A program made the position numbers and the translations under genes. Shown one piece after another: positions 36,010-46,018 of a stretch of 61,860 bases of DNA. Location: the NCBI GenBank assembly GCA_964462505.1, contig CAYWXE010000001.1, positions 1 to 61,860 of the forward strand. The letters run 5' to 3'. Below the pieces are notes generated by a model. The model was not told the origin of the DNA and did not search any database. It was given only the letters and a program-made list of their open reading frames with translations. This stretch comes from an uncultured archaeon (lineage in GTDB: Archaea; Halobacteriota; Archaeoglobi; Archaeoglobales; Archaeoglobaceae). Positions within the stretch are counted from its first letter, which is position 1; the number at the start of each line of letters is the position of its first letter.

Positions 36010-37671
36010 ATGAGAGCCGCTGATGCCATTGTTCGGGCCTTGGAGTCTGAAGGTGTTGAGGTCATCTTTGGGATACCGGGTGGAGCTATAATAGAGGTTT
36101 ACGATGCCCTTCACGATTCGAGCATACTACACATAACTACGAGGCATGAGCAAGCGGCAGTTCATGCGGCAGATGGATATGCGAGGGCAAGTGGAAGAGT
36201 TGGAGTTGCAATGGCTACCTCTGGGCCAGGAGCAACTAATACCGTTACAGGTATTGCTACTGCTTACATGGATTCCTCACCAATCGTAGTCTTTACAGGG
36301 CAAGTTCCAAGAGCTCTGATAGGAAACGACGCTTTTCAAGAAGCGGATACGACTGGAATTACTATGCCTATAACAAAACATAACTACCTCGTAACAGATC
36401 CAAACAAGCTTTTGAGAATTATAAGGGAGGCGTTTCACATAGCATCGACTGGAAGACCTGGGCCTGTTTTAATAGATCTTCCAAAAGACGTTACAATTGC
36501 AGATATCGAATACGATTACCCAGAGACGATAGATCTGATCGGTTACAAGCCAAAATATGAGGGACATCCAAAGCAGATAAAGAGAGCTGCTGAACTCATA
36601 ATGAAGTCTGAAAGACCGATTATACTCGCTGGGGGTGGAGTTATAATTTCAAACGCAAGTAATGAACTCGTTAAGTTGGCTGAGACAATTCCAGCTTTTG
36701 TAGTTACAACTCTAATGGGAAAAGGGGCAATTCCCGAGACTCATCCACTCTGCTTAGGTATGATAGGAATGCATGGCTCTAAGTATGCGAATTACGCTGT
36801 GACGGAATGCGATCTATTAATAGCTGTTGGATGTCGTTTTAGCGATAGGACAACTGGAAGGATTTCTGGATTTGCCCCATATGCGAAGATTATCCACATA
36901 GACATAGATCCAGCGGAAATAGGGAAAAACGTAGATGTGGATGTTCCAATAGTTGGAGATGCAAAGCTCGTACTGTCAAAGCTCTTGGAGTATATAACTT
37001 ACAAGAGAAGAAAGGAGTGGGAAGACAAGGTAAACGAGTGGCGTAGGAGGTATCCTTTAAGGTATAAAAGAGATGGATTTAAGCCTCAATACGTAATAGA
37101 AAAGGCTTGTGAAATCTTTTCAGATGCAATAGTCACAACCGAAGTCGGACAAAATCAGATGTGGGCAGCTCAATACTTCAAGGTGAAATATCCAAGACAG
37201 TTCATAACGAGTGGTGGGCTAGGAACTATGGGTTTTGGATTTCCAGCGGCTATTGGTGCGAAAATGGCCAAGCCGAATAAAGAGGTTATAGACATAGCTG
37301 GGGATGGTAGCTTTTTGATGAACATTCAAGAACTCGCTACATGCGTTCAGTATGGAATTGCTGTTAAGGTTTTGATACTGAACAACGGTTACCTTGGAAT
37401 GGTTAGGCAGTGGCAGCAACTCTTCTACAAGGAGAAGTATTCGGCTACTTGCATAGGGTGTAAGGAGATGAGCTTTGAAAAGATTGCTGAAGGGTTTGGG
37501 GCAATTGGAATGACAGTTGAAAAGCCGAGTGAGGTGGAAGAGGCTTTGAAAGAGGCTAAAAAGATTGCTGCACCAGTCGTAATCGATTTCAGAATAGATC
37601 AAATCGAAAACGTTTACCCAATGGTTCCGCCTGGAGCGGCTTTAAATGAGATAATCGATGAGGAGGTGTGA
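36010..37671 (+). CDS. ilvB: Acetolactate synthase large subunit.
   Basis: ThDP enzyme: GIPGGAI, the GPGATN region, and the ThDP motif [14 protein letters not shown]...NNGYLGMV. 553 aa. Confidence 0.9.
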   Translation: MRAADAIVRALESEGVEVIFGIPGGAIIEVYDALHDSSILHITTRHEQAAVHAADGYARASGRVGVAMATSGPGATNTVTGIATAYMDSSPIVVFTGQVPRALIGNDAFQEADTTGITMPITKHNYLVTDPNKLLRIIREAFHIASTGRPGPVLIDLPKDVTIADIEYDYPETIDLIGYKPKYEGHPKQIKRAAELIMKSERPIILAGGGVIISNASNELVKLAETIPAFVVTTLMGKGAIPETHPLCLGMIGMHGSKYANYAVTECDLLIAVGCRFSDRTTGRISGFAPYAKIIHIDIDPAEIGKNVDVDVPIVGDAKLVLSKLLEYITYKRRKEWEDKVNEWRRRYPLRYKRDGFKPQYVIEKACEIFSDAIVTTEVGQNQMWAAQYFKVKYPRQFITSGGLGTMGFGFPAAIGAKMAKPNKEVIDIAGDGSFLMNIQELATCVQYGIAVKVLILNNGYLGMVRQWQQLFYKEKYSATCIGCKEMSFEKIAEGFGAIGMTVEKPSEVEEALKEAKKIAAPVVIDFRIDQIENVYPMVPPGAALNEIIDEEV

Positions 37672-37672
37672 T

Positions 37673-38170
37673 ATGAAGAACAACAGGCATACAATAGCAG
37701 TTTTAGTTGAGAACAAGCCAGGAGTCTTGGCAAGAGTAGCATCCCTCTTCAGGCGTAGGGGGTTTAACATAGAAAGCCTTTCAGTTGGAACTACTGAGAG
37801 AGACGACATATCGAGGATGACTATTGTTGTGAACGGAGATGAAAAAACAGTTGAACAGGTTATAAAGCAGTTGAACAAGTTAATTGAAGTCATAAAGATA
37901 AGTGATATCACGGAAAACTCCGTTGAGAGGGAGTTATGCCTAATCAAAGTAAACGCCCCTCCTGAAAACAGAGGGGAAATAATAGAGATTTCAAACATAT
38001 TTAGGGCGAGGATTGTAGACGTTTCGAGAGATAGTTTTATAATAGAGATTACGGGAGATGAAGAAAAAATAGATGCGTTTATAGATCTGATGAGACAGTA
38101 TGGCATAAAAGAGCTTGCAAGGACTGGAAAGGTTGCAATGGCTAGGGGTAGCAAAACCGTAAAGGTTTAA
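37673..38170 (+). CDS. ilvN: Acetolactate synthase small (regulatory) subunit.
   Basis: [34 protein letters not shown] signature. The start was set at MKNNRH, directly after the ilvB stop. Confidence 0.9.
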   Translation: MKNNRHTIAVLVENKPGVLARVASLFRRRGFNIESLSVGTTERDDISRMTIVVNGDEKTVEQVIKQLNKLIEVIKISDITENSVERELCLIKVNAPPENRGEIIEISNIFRARIVDVSRDSFIIEITGDEEKIDAFIDLMRQYGIKELARTGKVAMARGSKTVKV

Positions 38171-38221
38171 TAACAACACTTAAATACCACTTCAATCATA
38201 ATAATAATGGGGTGAAGGTGA

Positions 38222-38416
38222 ATGGGTAAGATTGTGCACGCTCAGACTGTACTACCGATTGAGGTATTAGAGGAATTGAAGAAGAAGACTGGTGAGAGTT
38301 CGACGAAAGATGCAATAGCTAAGGCTATAGAACACTACTTGGCTTGTCCATACACTCATGAAGAACCGTTTGAGAAAAAGCTTGAAGAGGTTTTAAAGAA
38401 AAAGAGGAGGGCTTAA
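38222..38416 (+). CDS. Small hypothetical protein, possibly ribbon-helix-helix.
   Basis: 64 aa. An N-terminal beta-strand followed by two helices (TVLPIEVLEELKKKTGESSTKDAIAKAIEHYL). Confidence 0.3.
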   Translation: MGKIVHAQTVLPIEVLEELKKKTGESSTKDAIAKAIEHYLACPYTHEEPFEKKLEEVLKKKRRA

Positions 38417-38430
38417 GCCTTTTAATTTTT

Positions 38431-39321
38431 TTAAGCCCTGTTCTCAAGGATTCTTTTTATAACCATATCTCTCGGAGTTTTGGCGATCCTTGCAACTAAT
38501 TCGGGCTTATGTCCTTGACAAATTGCCAGCAGTTGGTTGTAGTCGAATACTGGGATCTCGTAGTCTATCATTCCAAGTTTTCGCATCTCCTCCTGTGATT
38601 CATCCATGAACATCAGGCAAGTTATGCAAGAGGTCACGATTAAATCTGGGTCAACTTCTTCTTTCATCGAATCGAGTTTTGCCTTTAAAAACTTTAGACT
38701 CGAAATCTTGTCGTGTGTGCTGAAACCTCCCGCACCCCCACAGCACTGAAGTTCCCTTTCATATGATGGAACTTCAGCTCCTAAAGCCTTAGTTAAATCC
38801 TTCAAAACCCTTGGATTCTCTGGATCGTCAAATGCTACTATTTCACTTGGCCTTAACACGTGACAGGGGTTTTGAACAACGGCTACTAATCCATCCAAGC
38901 TGTACTTCAAGCTCTCCTTGATTTTTTCAATCCCTACGACGTTGTACATCACATCTGTTATATGTCTGACATCCGTTTTGCCTTCGTATCTAAGCCCAGC
39001 AACGGACAAATGCTTCTCATTTATCAAGTCGAGTTTTCCATTTAAAAGCTTATGTCTACCGACTTTTAAGGAGCTATAACAGCTTCCACATTGAACAACT
39101 AAGTCAACACCTTTTTTCTCAGCTAAAGCTAAATTCCAAGCGTTTACAGCTAAAGCGGCATCTTCATCAACGGAATAAAATGTTCCATAAGCTGGACAGC
39201 ATGCAGCCCCCTCTATTTCAACTAATTCAACTCCAATAGTTTTGAGTGATTCTCTAATAGCCTTTTCCACATCTGGTCTCAAAGCTGGCATGTTACACCC
39301 TAAAAACAGTCCAAATCTCAT
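38431..39321 (-). CDS. hdrB: Heterodisulfide reductase subunit B-like (two CCG domains).
   Basis: GAACCPAYG ... QCGSCYSS, then LQCCGGAGGF ... TSCITCLMF. 296 aa. Confidence 0.85.
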   Translation of the reverse strand: MRFGLFLGCNMPALRPDVEKAIRESLKTIGVELVEIEGAACCPAYGTFYSVDEDAALAVNAWNLALAEKKGVDLVVQCGSCYSSLKVGRHKLLNGKLDLINEKHLSVAGLRYEGKTDVRHITDVMYNVVGIEKIKESLKYSLDGLVAVVQNPCHVLRPSEIVAFDDPENPRVLKDLTKALGAEVPSYERELQCCGGAGGFSTHDKISSLKFLKAKLDSMKEEVDPDLIVTSCITCLMFMDESQEEMRKLGMIDYEIPVFDYNQLLAICQGHKPELVARIAKTPRDMVIKRILENRA

Positions 39322-39323
39322 AG

Positions 39324-39839
39324 CTATCCCTCCACCATGAACATGTAGCTATACCTCTTAACGACTTCAGTTCTCTTTAGCATCTCTCTAAACTTCTCAA
39401 GGTAATCCTTCCTTGCCGCAACTGTTTGAATCTCTGGCAACTCGAAATCCGCTCTATCCCCTCTCAGCACGTTTTGCGTATGCCCTCTCTCAAATATCTC
39501 CCTCAAAACCATCGGAACATATGTTTCGTCCTCTTTGCACTGCCATCTCCTTATGGCTAAGACTATTTCAAACGGATTGGCTCTCCTTGGACACCTCTCC
39601 TCGCAAGCTCCACAAGTTACACACATCCAGGGTGTTTCCTCTTCGATTAATACTTCTTTTAAGCCGAGTTTACAGATGTGTATAAGCCTCTTAACGCTCA
39701 AAGGCATCTCTTCAGAAGTGTTAGCTGGACAGTCCGCAACACAAGTTCCGCATTCGTAGCACTTAAGCAAATCCTTCCCACCCAACTCTATCAACTCGTT
39801 TATCAAGTTCTTATCCCTCTGCTCAGTTAGCATTATCAT
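39324..39839 (-). CDS. hdrC: Heterodisulfide reductase subunit C-like (2x[4Fe-4S]).
   Basis: CYECGTCVADCP and CVTCGACEERCP. 171 aa. Confidence 0.8.
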   Translation of the reverse strand: MIMLTEQRDKNLINELIELGGKDLLKCYECGTCVADCPANTSEEMPLSVKRLIHICKLGLKEVLIEEETPWMCVTCGACEERCPRRANPFEIVLAIRRWQCKEDETYVPMVLREIFERGHTQNVLRGDRADFELPEIQTVAARKDYLEKFREMLKRTEVVKRYSYMFMVEG

Positions 39840-39849
39840 TTAAACCACC

Positions 39850-40674
39850 TCAAATCTTCTCAAGGAATCTGTTAATCTCGTCGTATCTAAAAACTGGGCC
39901 ATCTCTGCAGACGTATATACTCTCTATCCTACACCTCCCACACTTTCCAATTCCGCATTTCATCCTCCTTTCAAGTGTTGTATATATCTGGTCATCTTTA
40001 AATCCCAAATCTCTCAAGACGTTAAGTGTAATTCTAATCATTATAGGCGGCCCACAGACAATTGCCACGGTATCCTTTGGATCCGGTTTAATTCTCTTAA
40101 CGTTATCTGGAACGAATCCAACGAAGTACTTCCATCCCTCCTCCGGTCTATCAATCGATAAATGAACATCGTAACCCTCTTCAATTAACTGCATCAGTTC
40201 ATCCTTGTAAACCAAATCTTTGGAGCTTCTAGCACCGTAAATTATCGTTAGATTTCCATAGTCTTTCTTGTGATCTATTACCCATTGATATATAGATCTG
40301 AGCGGTGTTTGCCCAATTCCACCGCCTATTGTAACAACGTTTAAACCCTTCCACTCTTCGACTGGAAAGGCTCTACCTAAAGGCCCTCTTATACCTACTA
40401 TATCACCCTCCTTTAACTCGTGCAACTTACTTGTAACTTTTCCAGTCTTTAAAACACTGAACTCCAAATCCGGTCTTGTTGGGGAATTTGCAATAGTAAA
40501 CCAGCTTTCACCTCTTCCAAAAATCGACAAAAGGCATCCTTGCCCTGGCATGTAGTCGAATCTCTCTTTATCGATGAGCCTTACCTTAAAAGTCTTTATA
40601 GGCCTAGCACCTTTGACTTCATCCCTTACTTCGATTATCTCAGCTTTATACGGGATGTATGGATTCATATTCAT
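39850..40674 (-). CDS. FAD/NAD(P)-binding oxidoreductase with a C-terminal [2Fe-2S] (FlxA / HydG / AsrB-like).
   Basis: Ferredoxin-reductase-type fold (FTIANSP, GGGIGQTPL) and CGIGKCGRCRI. 274 aa. Confidence 0.75.
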   Translation of the reverse strand: MNMNPYIPYKAEIIEVRDEVKGARPIKTFKVRLIDKERFDYMPGQGCLLSIFGRGESWFTIANSPTRPDLEFSVLKTGKVTSKLHELKEGDIVGIRGPLGRAFPVEEWKGLNVVTIGGGIGQTPLRSIYQWVIDHKKDYGNLTIIYGARSSKDLVYKDELMQLIEEGYDVHLSIDRPEEGWKYFVGFVPDNVKRIKPDPKDTVAIVCGPPIMIRITLNVLRDLGFKDDQIYTTLERRMKCGIGKCGRCRIESIYVCRDGPVFRYDEINRFLEKI

Positions 40675-40680
40675 ACCTCC

Positions 40681-41667
40681 TCATCTGCTTAATCCGTTTA
40701 TAACCTCTGTTATATCGATTCCAACTGGGCAAAACTCTATGCATCTCCCGCAACCTACGCAAAAGATCTCTCCTTTTCTCTTAACCATGTAATGGAATTT
40801 GTCGTAGAATCTATTCCTTAACCTCTGCCATTTCTCACTACGTGGGTTATGGCTTGAAGTCTCTAAGGTGTACAACGGGAACATGCACGAATCCCAGCAT
40901 CTATACCTATACCCCCTCTTCTCACCTTCATCCAGCATATCAAAGCAGTAACACGTCGGACAGAGATATGTGCAAACACCACAGCTTATGCAGTTCAATG
41001 CGACTTCTTTCCAGTAATCGCTCTCAAAAACCTCCGGCATAATCTTTGCGTTTTCAACGTTTATCGAGATTCTGAAGGATTCTAAGGCCTTCTTTTCGAG
41101 TTCTTCCTTAACCTTCAAATCCTCATCAGTAGCATCCTCCAAATCCAACAGTTTAGCAATCTCTTTGCCCTTATCCGATACTTCATCCACTAAATACTTC
41201 TTATCGGTTTTTATAACGAGCAAATCCAATCCCTCTGTGCCAAATGGACTTAGCCCTAAGCTCTTGCAGAAGCAGTAATTACCAGCTTTGTTGCAAGCGT
41301 ATCCAATTAAGACTGTATTCTTTCGCCTTGCTTCGTAGTATGGGTCTACTACATCTTCTAAGAACACCTTGTCGAGTAATTTCAAAGCTTTTGCGTCACA
41401 AGGTCTAACACCAATTACCGCTTTTTTCTCCTCATCTATTGGAACTTCCTCAATCCAATCTCCGTATTTTATCAAGACTTCATTTTGTGGAAATACAATT
41501 TCCTTAACGGATTTAACTGTGTTTACATAATCATCTGGAATCTGTGCAGATTTTACCTCTTTAAACAAGTAGAAGTCTTTAACCTTAACTGGAGCAAATA
41601 CTCTGTATCCAGCTTCAACCAACTTCCTGGATAAATCTTTAAAGAAATCTCCACTGTAAGCCTTCAT
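40681..41667 (-). CDS. Iron-sulfur protein (FlxB / HydB / AsrA-like).
   Basis: CISCGVCTYLCPTCYC and CVGCGRCIEFCP clusters. 328 aa. Coupled to both neighbours. Confidence 0.65.
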   Translation of the reverse strand: MKAYSGDFFKDLSRKLVEAGYRVFAPVKVKDFYLFKEVKSAQIPDDYVNTVKSVKEIVFPQNEVLIKYGDWIEEVPIDEEKKAVIGVRPCDAKALKLLDKVFLEDVVDPYYEARRKNTVLIGYACNKAGNYCFCKSLGLSPFGTEGLDLLVIKTDKKYLVDEVSDKGKEIAKLLDLEDATDEDLKVKEELEKKALESFRISINVENAKIMPEVFESDYWKEVALNCISCGVCTYLCPTCYCFDMLDEGEKRGYRYRCWDSCMFPLYTLETSSHNPRSEKWQRLRNRFYDKFHYMVKRKGEIFCVGCGRCIEFCPVGIDITEVINGLSR

Positions 41668-42626
41668 CTCATCACCTCTAATCTTGAAAGGAACGGAATT
41701 TCCTCCTTAGTCACATCATAGCCAAATTCCTCGATTACAACCTTTTCAAGCTTTCTCTCAAGCTTTCTCAGCGGTATTCCCATTGGACAAGCCCTTTCGC
41801 ATTCACCACATCCGGCACATCTACCAGCGTGATGCAAAACCCTTACTAAGTGGTACAAGACGTTATCGCTAATCGATATAGTTTTTCCGAGGATCTTTGG
41901 ATATGTAGCCTTCTCCTCAGCTGGTGTCATTGGAGATATAGCCAAATTCGTTGGATCTACTATGCATTCAGTGCAATAGCATAGTGGGCAGGAGTTTCTA
42001 CATGCATGACAACGGATGCATCTCTCAAACTCTTTCGCCCAGTATTCCCACCTCTTCTCTCTATCCATCCTCTCGAATTCATCTATATCTGAGAAGTCAA
42101 CTCTTCCCTCTCTTGGCTCACCTATCAGTTCGTCGTATATAACTGGAGTTGGGTTTGAGCAGTACAAACAATTCTCAAAAATCACTTCGCTAAACGGTAT
42201 CTCATCCTTGCCATTTACAACGATCTTATCGTCTATGAGCTCTACTCTCTCAACATCGCTTAGGTCGTCAATTTTTTTAATGAATTTCCTGTAATCAACT
42301 ACTCCCGGACAAGATACCCCGATTATGTAAACCCTATCTCTATCTATCTTGCCCTCAATTATCAGCTGTCTTATAGCTTTTGCATCACAACCCTTTGCGA
42401 CAACTGCAACCTTCTTCTCAGTTTTTAATAACTCCATCAGAAGCTTAGCTGGGTTGTTAACGGATAGAGGTGAAAGAGATATAGAGTCCACTTCATCCTC
42501 AGATCTTATAACAGTTAAAACCTCTCTTGGCTCTGTTTTCTTCCTTTTGTAGGCTATTAACGCATCTACTTCTTTTACAACTCTCTTACAAGCATCCTTA
42601 AGCTTTTCCTCCATTTCCCTATTCAT
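41664..42626 (-). CDS. Iron-sulfur protein (FlxC-like).
   Basis: CIRCHACRNSCPLCYC and CAGCGECERACP clusters after a Cys-containing N-terminal domain. 320 aa. Confidence 0.6.
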   Translation of the reverse strand: MNREMEEKLKDACKRVVKEVDALIAYKRKKTEPREVLTVIRSEDEVDSISLSPLSVNNPAKLLMELLKTEKKVAVVAKGCDAKAIRQLIIEGKIDRDRVYIIGVSCPGVVDYRKFIKKIDDLSDVERVELIDDKIVVNGKDEIPFSEVIFENCLYCSNPTPVIYDELIGEPREGRVDFSDIDEFERMDREKRWEYWAKEFERCIRCHACRNSCPLCYCTECIVDPTNLAISPMTPAEEKATYPKILGKTISISDNVLYHLVRVLHHAGRCAGCGECERACPMGIPLRKLERKLEKVVIEEFGYDVTKEEIPFLSRLEVMR

Positions 42627-43033
42627 TCTTTCACCTCTGAAAGCTTGTTCTGCTTTCCAAGCTTCTCAAGCTCTTCCGCAAACTTCGTCATCTCATCTGC
42701 AAACAACTTACCTTCAGCGGCTGAAGCCCATAAAAGTTTTAGTCTCTCCTCTTCAAATCCTATAAACTTCAAAAGCTCTCTCATAAGTATGTACCTCTTC
42801 TGTGCGTAGTAGTTTCCAACCATGTAGTGGCAATCACCGGGATGGCAACCAGCTATAACTACACCATCTGCACCCTTCTTAAACGCATACAGAACCCATG
42901 CTGGATTCACCATTCCAGAGCACATCACTCTGATAATCCTCACATCTGGCGAATACTGCATCCTGCTAACTCCAGCCAAGTCTGATGCAGCATATGAACA
43001 CCAATTACACGCAAACACAACTATCTTAACCAT
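42623..43033 (-). CDS. mvhD: MvhD/FlxD-like protein (methyl-viologen-reducing hydrogenase delta subunit family).
   Basis: VFACNWCSYAASD ... RVMCSGMV ... GADGVVIAGCHPGDCHY. 136 aa. Confidence 0.85.
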   Translation of the reverse strand: MVKIVVFACNWCSYAASDLAGVSRMQYSPDVRIIRVMCSGMVNPAWVLYAFKKGADGVVIAGCHPGDCHYMVGNYYAQKRYILMRELLKFIGFEEERLKLLWASAAEGKLFADEMTKFAEELEKLGKQNKLSEVKE

Positions 43034-43041
43034 ACCATCAC

Positions 43042-46014
43042 CTACTCAGCCAAAGCTTCAACAACTTCCTTAATCTGATCAAACGTAAAGCCCTTAACGA
43101 CTATCGCAGCTTTCGGACATGTAGCACTGCAAACACCGCATCCAAGGCATACCGCTTTATTCACTTCAGCCTTAAGCTCAACTCCAGCTCTTGTTTCAAA
43201 CTCCTTTATCTCTATTGCATTAACTGGACAGGCTTTTACGCATAAGCCGCATGCATCACACTTCTCCTTGATAACCTCAGCTTTAATGGCTTCCATTATT
43301 ATCTTGTCCTTAGTAAGAATTGTCAAAGCCCTTGAAACCGCTGCATAAGCCTGAGCTATCGCTTCAGGTATCAACCTTGGGCTATGTGCTAATCCACAGA
43401 GGAATACTCCATCTGATGCAAAATCAACTGGTCTAAGTTTTGGATGCGCTTCCAAGAAGAATCCATTCGAATCGAGTGGAATTCTTACAATCTTTGAGAG
43501 TTCTTCGTTTTCTTTTCTCGGAACTACAGCTGTACTCAGGACAATGTAATCAGGCTCTACAACTACTGTATCCCCTAAAACCTCATCGTAGAACTCAACC
43601 TTTCCATCTTTAACAACTGGCTTCTTGTCTTCGGTGTATCTTATAAATACAACACCCTTTTCAGCTGCTTCTTTGTAATACTTTTCAAGGAAGCCGTATG
43701 TCCTAATATCTCTGTAGAGTATTATTACATCTGCATCTGGGTTTAGCTCTTTTATCTTCAAAGCATTCTTTATAGCGGTTTGACAGCATATCCTACTGCA
43801 ATAAGGCCTTTCTTCATCTCTGCTTCCAACGCATTGAATCATCACAACGCTTTTCGGTTTTTCACCTTTGACAAGCTTTTCTTCAAGCTCTACCTGAGTT
43901 ATCACGTTTGGATACACTCCATAACCGTATTCCTTTGGCTTGTACGTATCTGCACCAGTCGCAACTATTATAACACCATGCCTAAGCTCTTCTACTTTGC
44001 CGTTTACATTGACCTTCGTTACAAAGTTTCCAACGAATCCATCAACGCTCTCAATTCTTGCATTCTTGTAAACCCTTATCCTTGGATTTGATTCGACCTT
44101 AGCTATCAACTCCTTTAACAACTCTTGTGGATTCTTGCCATCTATTGTGTAATATATATGCCTTAAATGCCCACCGAGCTCAGACTCCTTCTCGATTAAA
44201 TAACACTCAAATCCCTGATTTGCCAATTCCAATGCTGCAACCATTCCAGCCAATCCACCACCTATAACCAACGCTCTCTTGTCTACTTCTACTTCAATAT
44301 ACGGCAATGGCTCGAGAAGTCTTGCCTTTGCAACTCCTGCTTCAACTAGTTCCATAGCCTTTTGCGTTGCCTTCTCTGGCTCTCTCATGTGAACCCAGCT
44401 ACACTGCTCTCTTATGTTCACGAATTCGAATAGATATGGATTTAATCCAGCCTCTCTAAGCGTATTCCTGAACAATTGCTCGTGTGTTCTTGGTGTACAA
44501 GCAGCCACAACTATTCTGTTTAGGTTGTACTTCTTTATAGCCTCCTTTATCTTCTCTTGCGTATCTGCTGAACAAGCAAACAGCACATGTTCAGCGTAAA
44601 CGACATTATCGAGTGTTTTTGCGAACTCAGTAACCTTCTTTACGTCTACAACAGATGCTATATTTATACCGCAGTGACATACGAATACTCCAATCCTTGG
44701 AGGTTCACCGATTACATCCCTCTCAGGTGGATACTCTTTCTTAGCTACAAATTTGCCTCTCTTATCTATCGCTACACTTGAAGCCTTAGCTGCTGCAGCA
44801 CTTGCCTCAGCAACACTCTCTGGGATATCCTTTGGCTCGCTTACAACTCCAGCAACGTATATACCGGGCTTAGATGTTTCAACTGGCTTAAACGTGTCAG
44901 TTGCTATAAATCCGTATTCGTTTAAATCTATTCCGAGGATTTCGGCGTATCTTTTGACTTCTTCAGATGGCTTAAATCCAACCGATAGAACAACTAAGTC
45001 GAATTCTTCTTCGTAACTTCTTCCATCTCTTTCGAATTTAACGACTAAATTACCATTTGACTTCTGCATAATCTTTGCAACTCTCGCCCTGTGGAATACT
45101 ACCCCATACTCTTCCTTAGCCCTATTTGCGTACTCCTCAAATCCCTTTCCATAAGTCCTGAGATCCATTGCGAATATGTGGACTTCTACATCTGGAATAT
45201 GCTCCTTAGCGATTATAGCATGCTTAATCGCATAAGTACAGCAAACGGAGGAACACCATGGATTTGTCTTTTCATCCCTTGAGCATACGCATTGAACTAT
45301 CGCAATCCTCTTTGGGACTTTTCCATCTGAAGGTCTGACCACATGTCCTTCAAACGGGCCAGTTGCAGAAAGCATTCTCTCGAATTGAATACTCGTCAAA
45401 ACGTTCGGATACAACCCATAGCCGTATTCCTCTCTCATGGAGGCATCAGCTAAGTCGCAACCGATTGCAAGTACTATAGCTGAGACTTCTAACTCTAAAA
45501 TCTCATCACTTCTGCTGTAGTCTATCGCATCTGCAACACACACGTTCTTACAAATCCCGCAACCTATGCACTTATCCTTGTCAATCTTGTAAACCCTTGG
45601 AACTGCTTGTGGATACATTATGTATACAGCCGAACGATACGATAAGCCTTCGTTGTATTCATCTATTGCATTGACTGGACAGGCTTTAGAGCATAAACCA
45701 CAGCCAGTACACTTGTTAGGATCTATGTAAGTAGCTTTTTTTCTTATCTTCACTTTAAAGTTTCCTGCTTCTCCTTCAACACTCAAGAGTTCTGCATTGC
45801 TTATTATCTCGATGTTTTCATGTCTATCGACTTCGTTTAGCTTTGGTGCAAGTATACACATTGAACAGTCATTTGTTGGGAATGTCTTATCGAGTTGAGC
45901 CATTCTACCTCCTATAGCTGGATTCTTTTCAAGTAGGTAAACCTTGAATCCGGATTCAGCTAAATCAAGTGAAGCCTGCACTCCAGCGATACCTCCACCT
46001 ATAACCAGTATCAT
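43042..46014 (-). CDS. hdrA: Enlarged, internally duplicated HdrA-like flavoprotein (990 aa).
   Basis: Two GxGxxG motifs (aa 6-11 and 584-589). Two QCV(C/G)SRD...C..(V/I)CC cluster motifs (aa 241-259 and 727-744). An inserted 2x[4Fe-4S] ferredoxin (aa 97-165), the HdrA N-domain Cys pattern (aa 446-539), and a C-terminal ferredoxin (aa 919-967). Confidence 0.85.
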   Translation of the reverse strand: MILVIGGGIAGVQASLDLAESGFKVYLLEKNPAIGGRMAQLDKTFPTNDCSMCILAPKLNEVDRHENIEIISNAELLSVEGEAGNFKVKIRKKATYIDPNKCTGCGLCSKACPVNAIDEYNEGLSYRSAVYIMYPQAVPRVYKIDKDKCIGCGICKNVCVADAIDYSRSDEILELEVSAIVLAIGCDLADASMREEYGYGLYPNVLTSIQFERMLSATGPFEGHVVRPSDGKVPKRIAIVQCVCSRDEKTNPWCSSVCCTYAIKHAIIAKEHIPDVEVHIFAMDLRTYGKGFEEYANRAKEEYGVVFHRARVAKIMQKSNGNLVVKFERDGRSYEEEFDLVVLSVGFKPSEEVKRYAEILGIDLNEYGFIATDTFKPVETSKPGIYVAGVVSEPKDIPESVAEASAAAAKASSVAIDKRGKFVAKKEYPPERDVIGEPPRIGVFVCHCGINIASVVDVKKVTEFAKTLDNVVYAEHVLFACSADTQEKIKEAIKKYNLNRIVVAACTPRTHEQLFRNTLREAGLNPYLFEFVNIREQCSWVHMREPEKATQKAMELVEAGVAKARLLEPLPYIEVEVDKRALVIGGGLAGMVAALELANQGFECYLIEKESELGGHLRHIYYTIDGKNPQELLKELIAKVESNPRIRVYKNARIESVDGFVGNFVTKVNVNGKVEELRHGVIIVATGADTYKPKEYGYGVYPNVITQVELEEKLVKGEKPKSVVMIQCVGSRDEERPYCSRICCQTAIKNALKIKELNPDADVIILYRDIRTYGFLEKYYKEAAEKGVVFIRYTEDKKPVVKDGKVEFYDEVLGDTVVVEPDYIVLSTAVVPRKENEELSKIVRIPLDSNGFFLEAHPKLRPVDFASDGVFLCGLAHSPRLIPEAIAQAYAAVSRALTILTKDKIIMEAIKAEVIKEKCDACGLCVKACPVNAIEIKEFETRAGVELKAEVNKAVCLGCGVCSATCPKAAIVVKGFTFDQIKEVVEALAE

Positions 46015-46018
46015 CCTT

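Noticed and set aside
37642-38154. Long antisense shadow ORFs: this 170-aa one opposite ilvN, and also 3248-3814, 16267-16773, 29113-29592, 46332-46907, 48489-48815 and many shorter ones.
   Set aside because: Each lies fully inside a confidently identified gene on the other strand. They have Ser/Leu/Ile/Phe-rich, motif-free translations typical of the reverse frame of AT-rich coding DNA.
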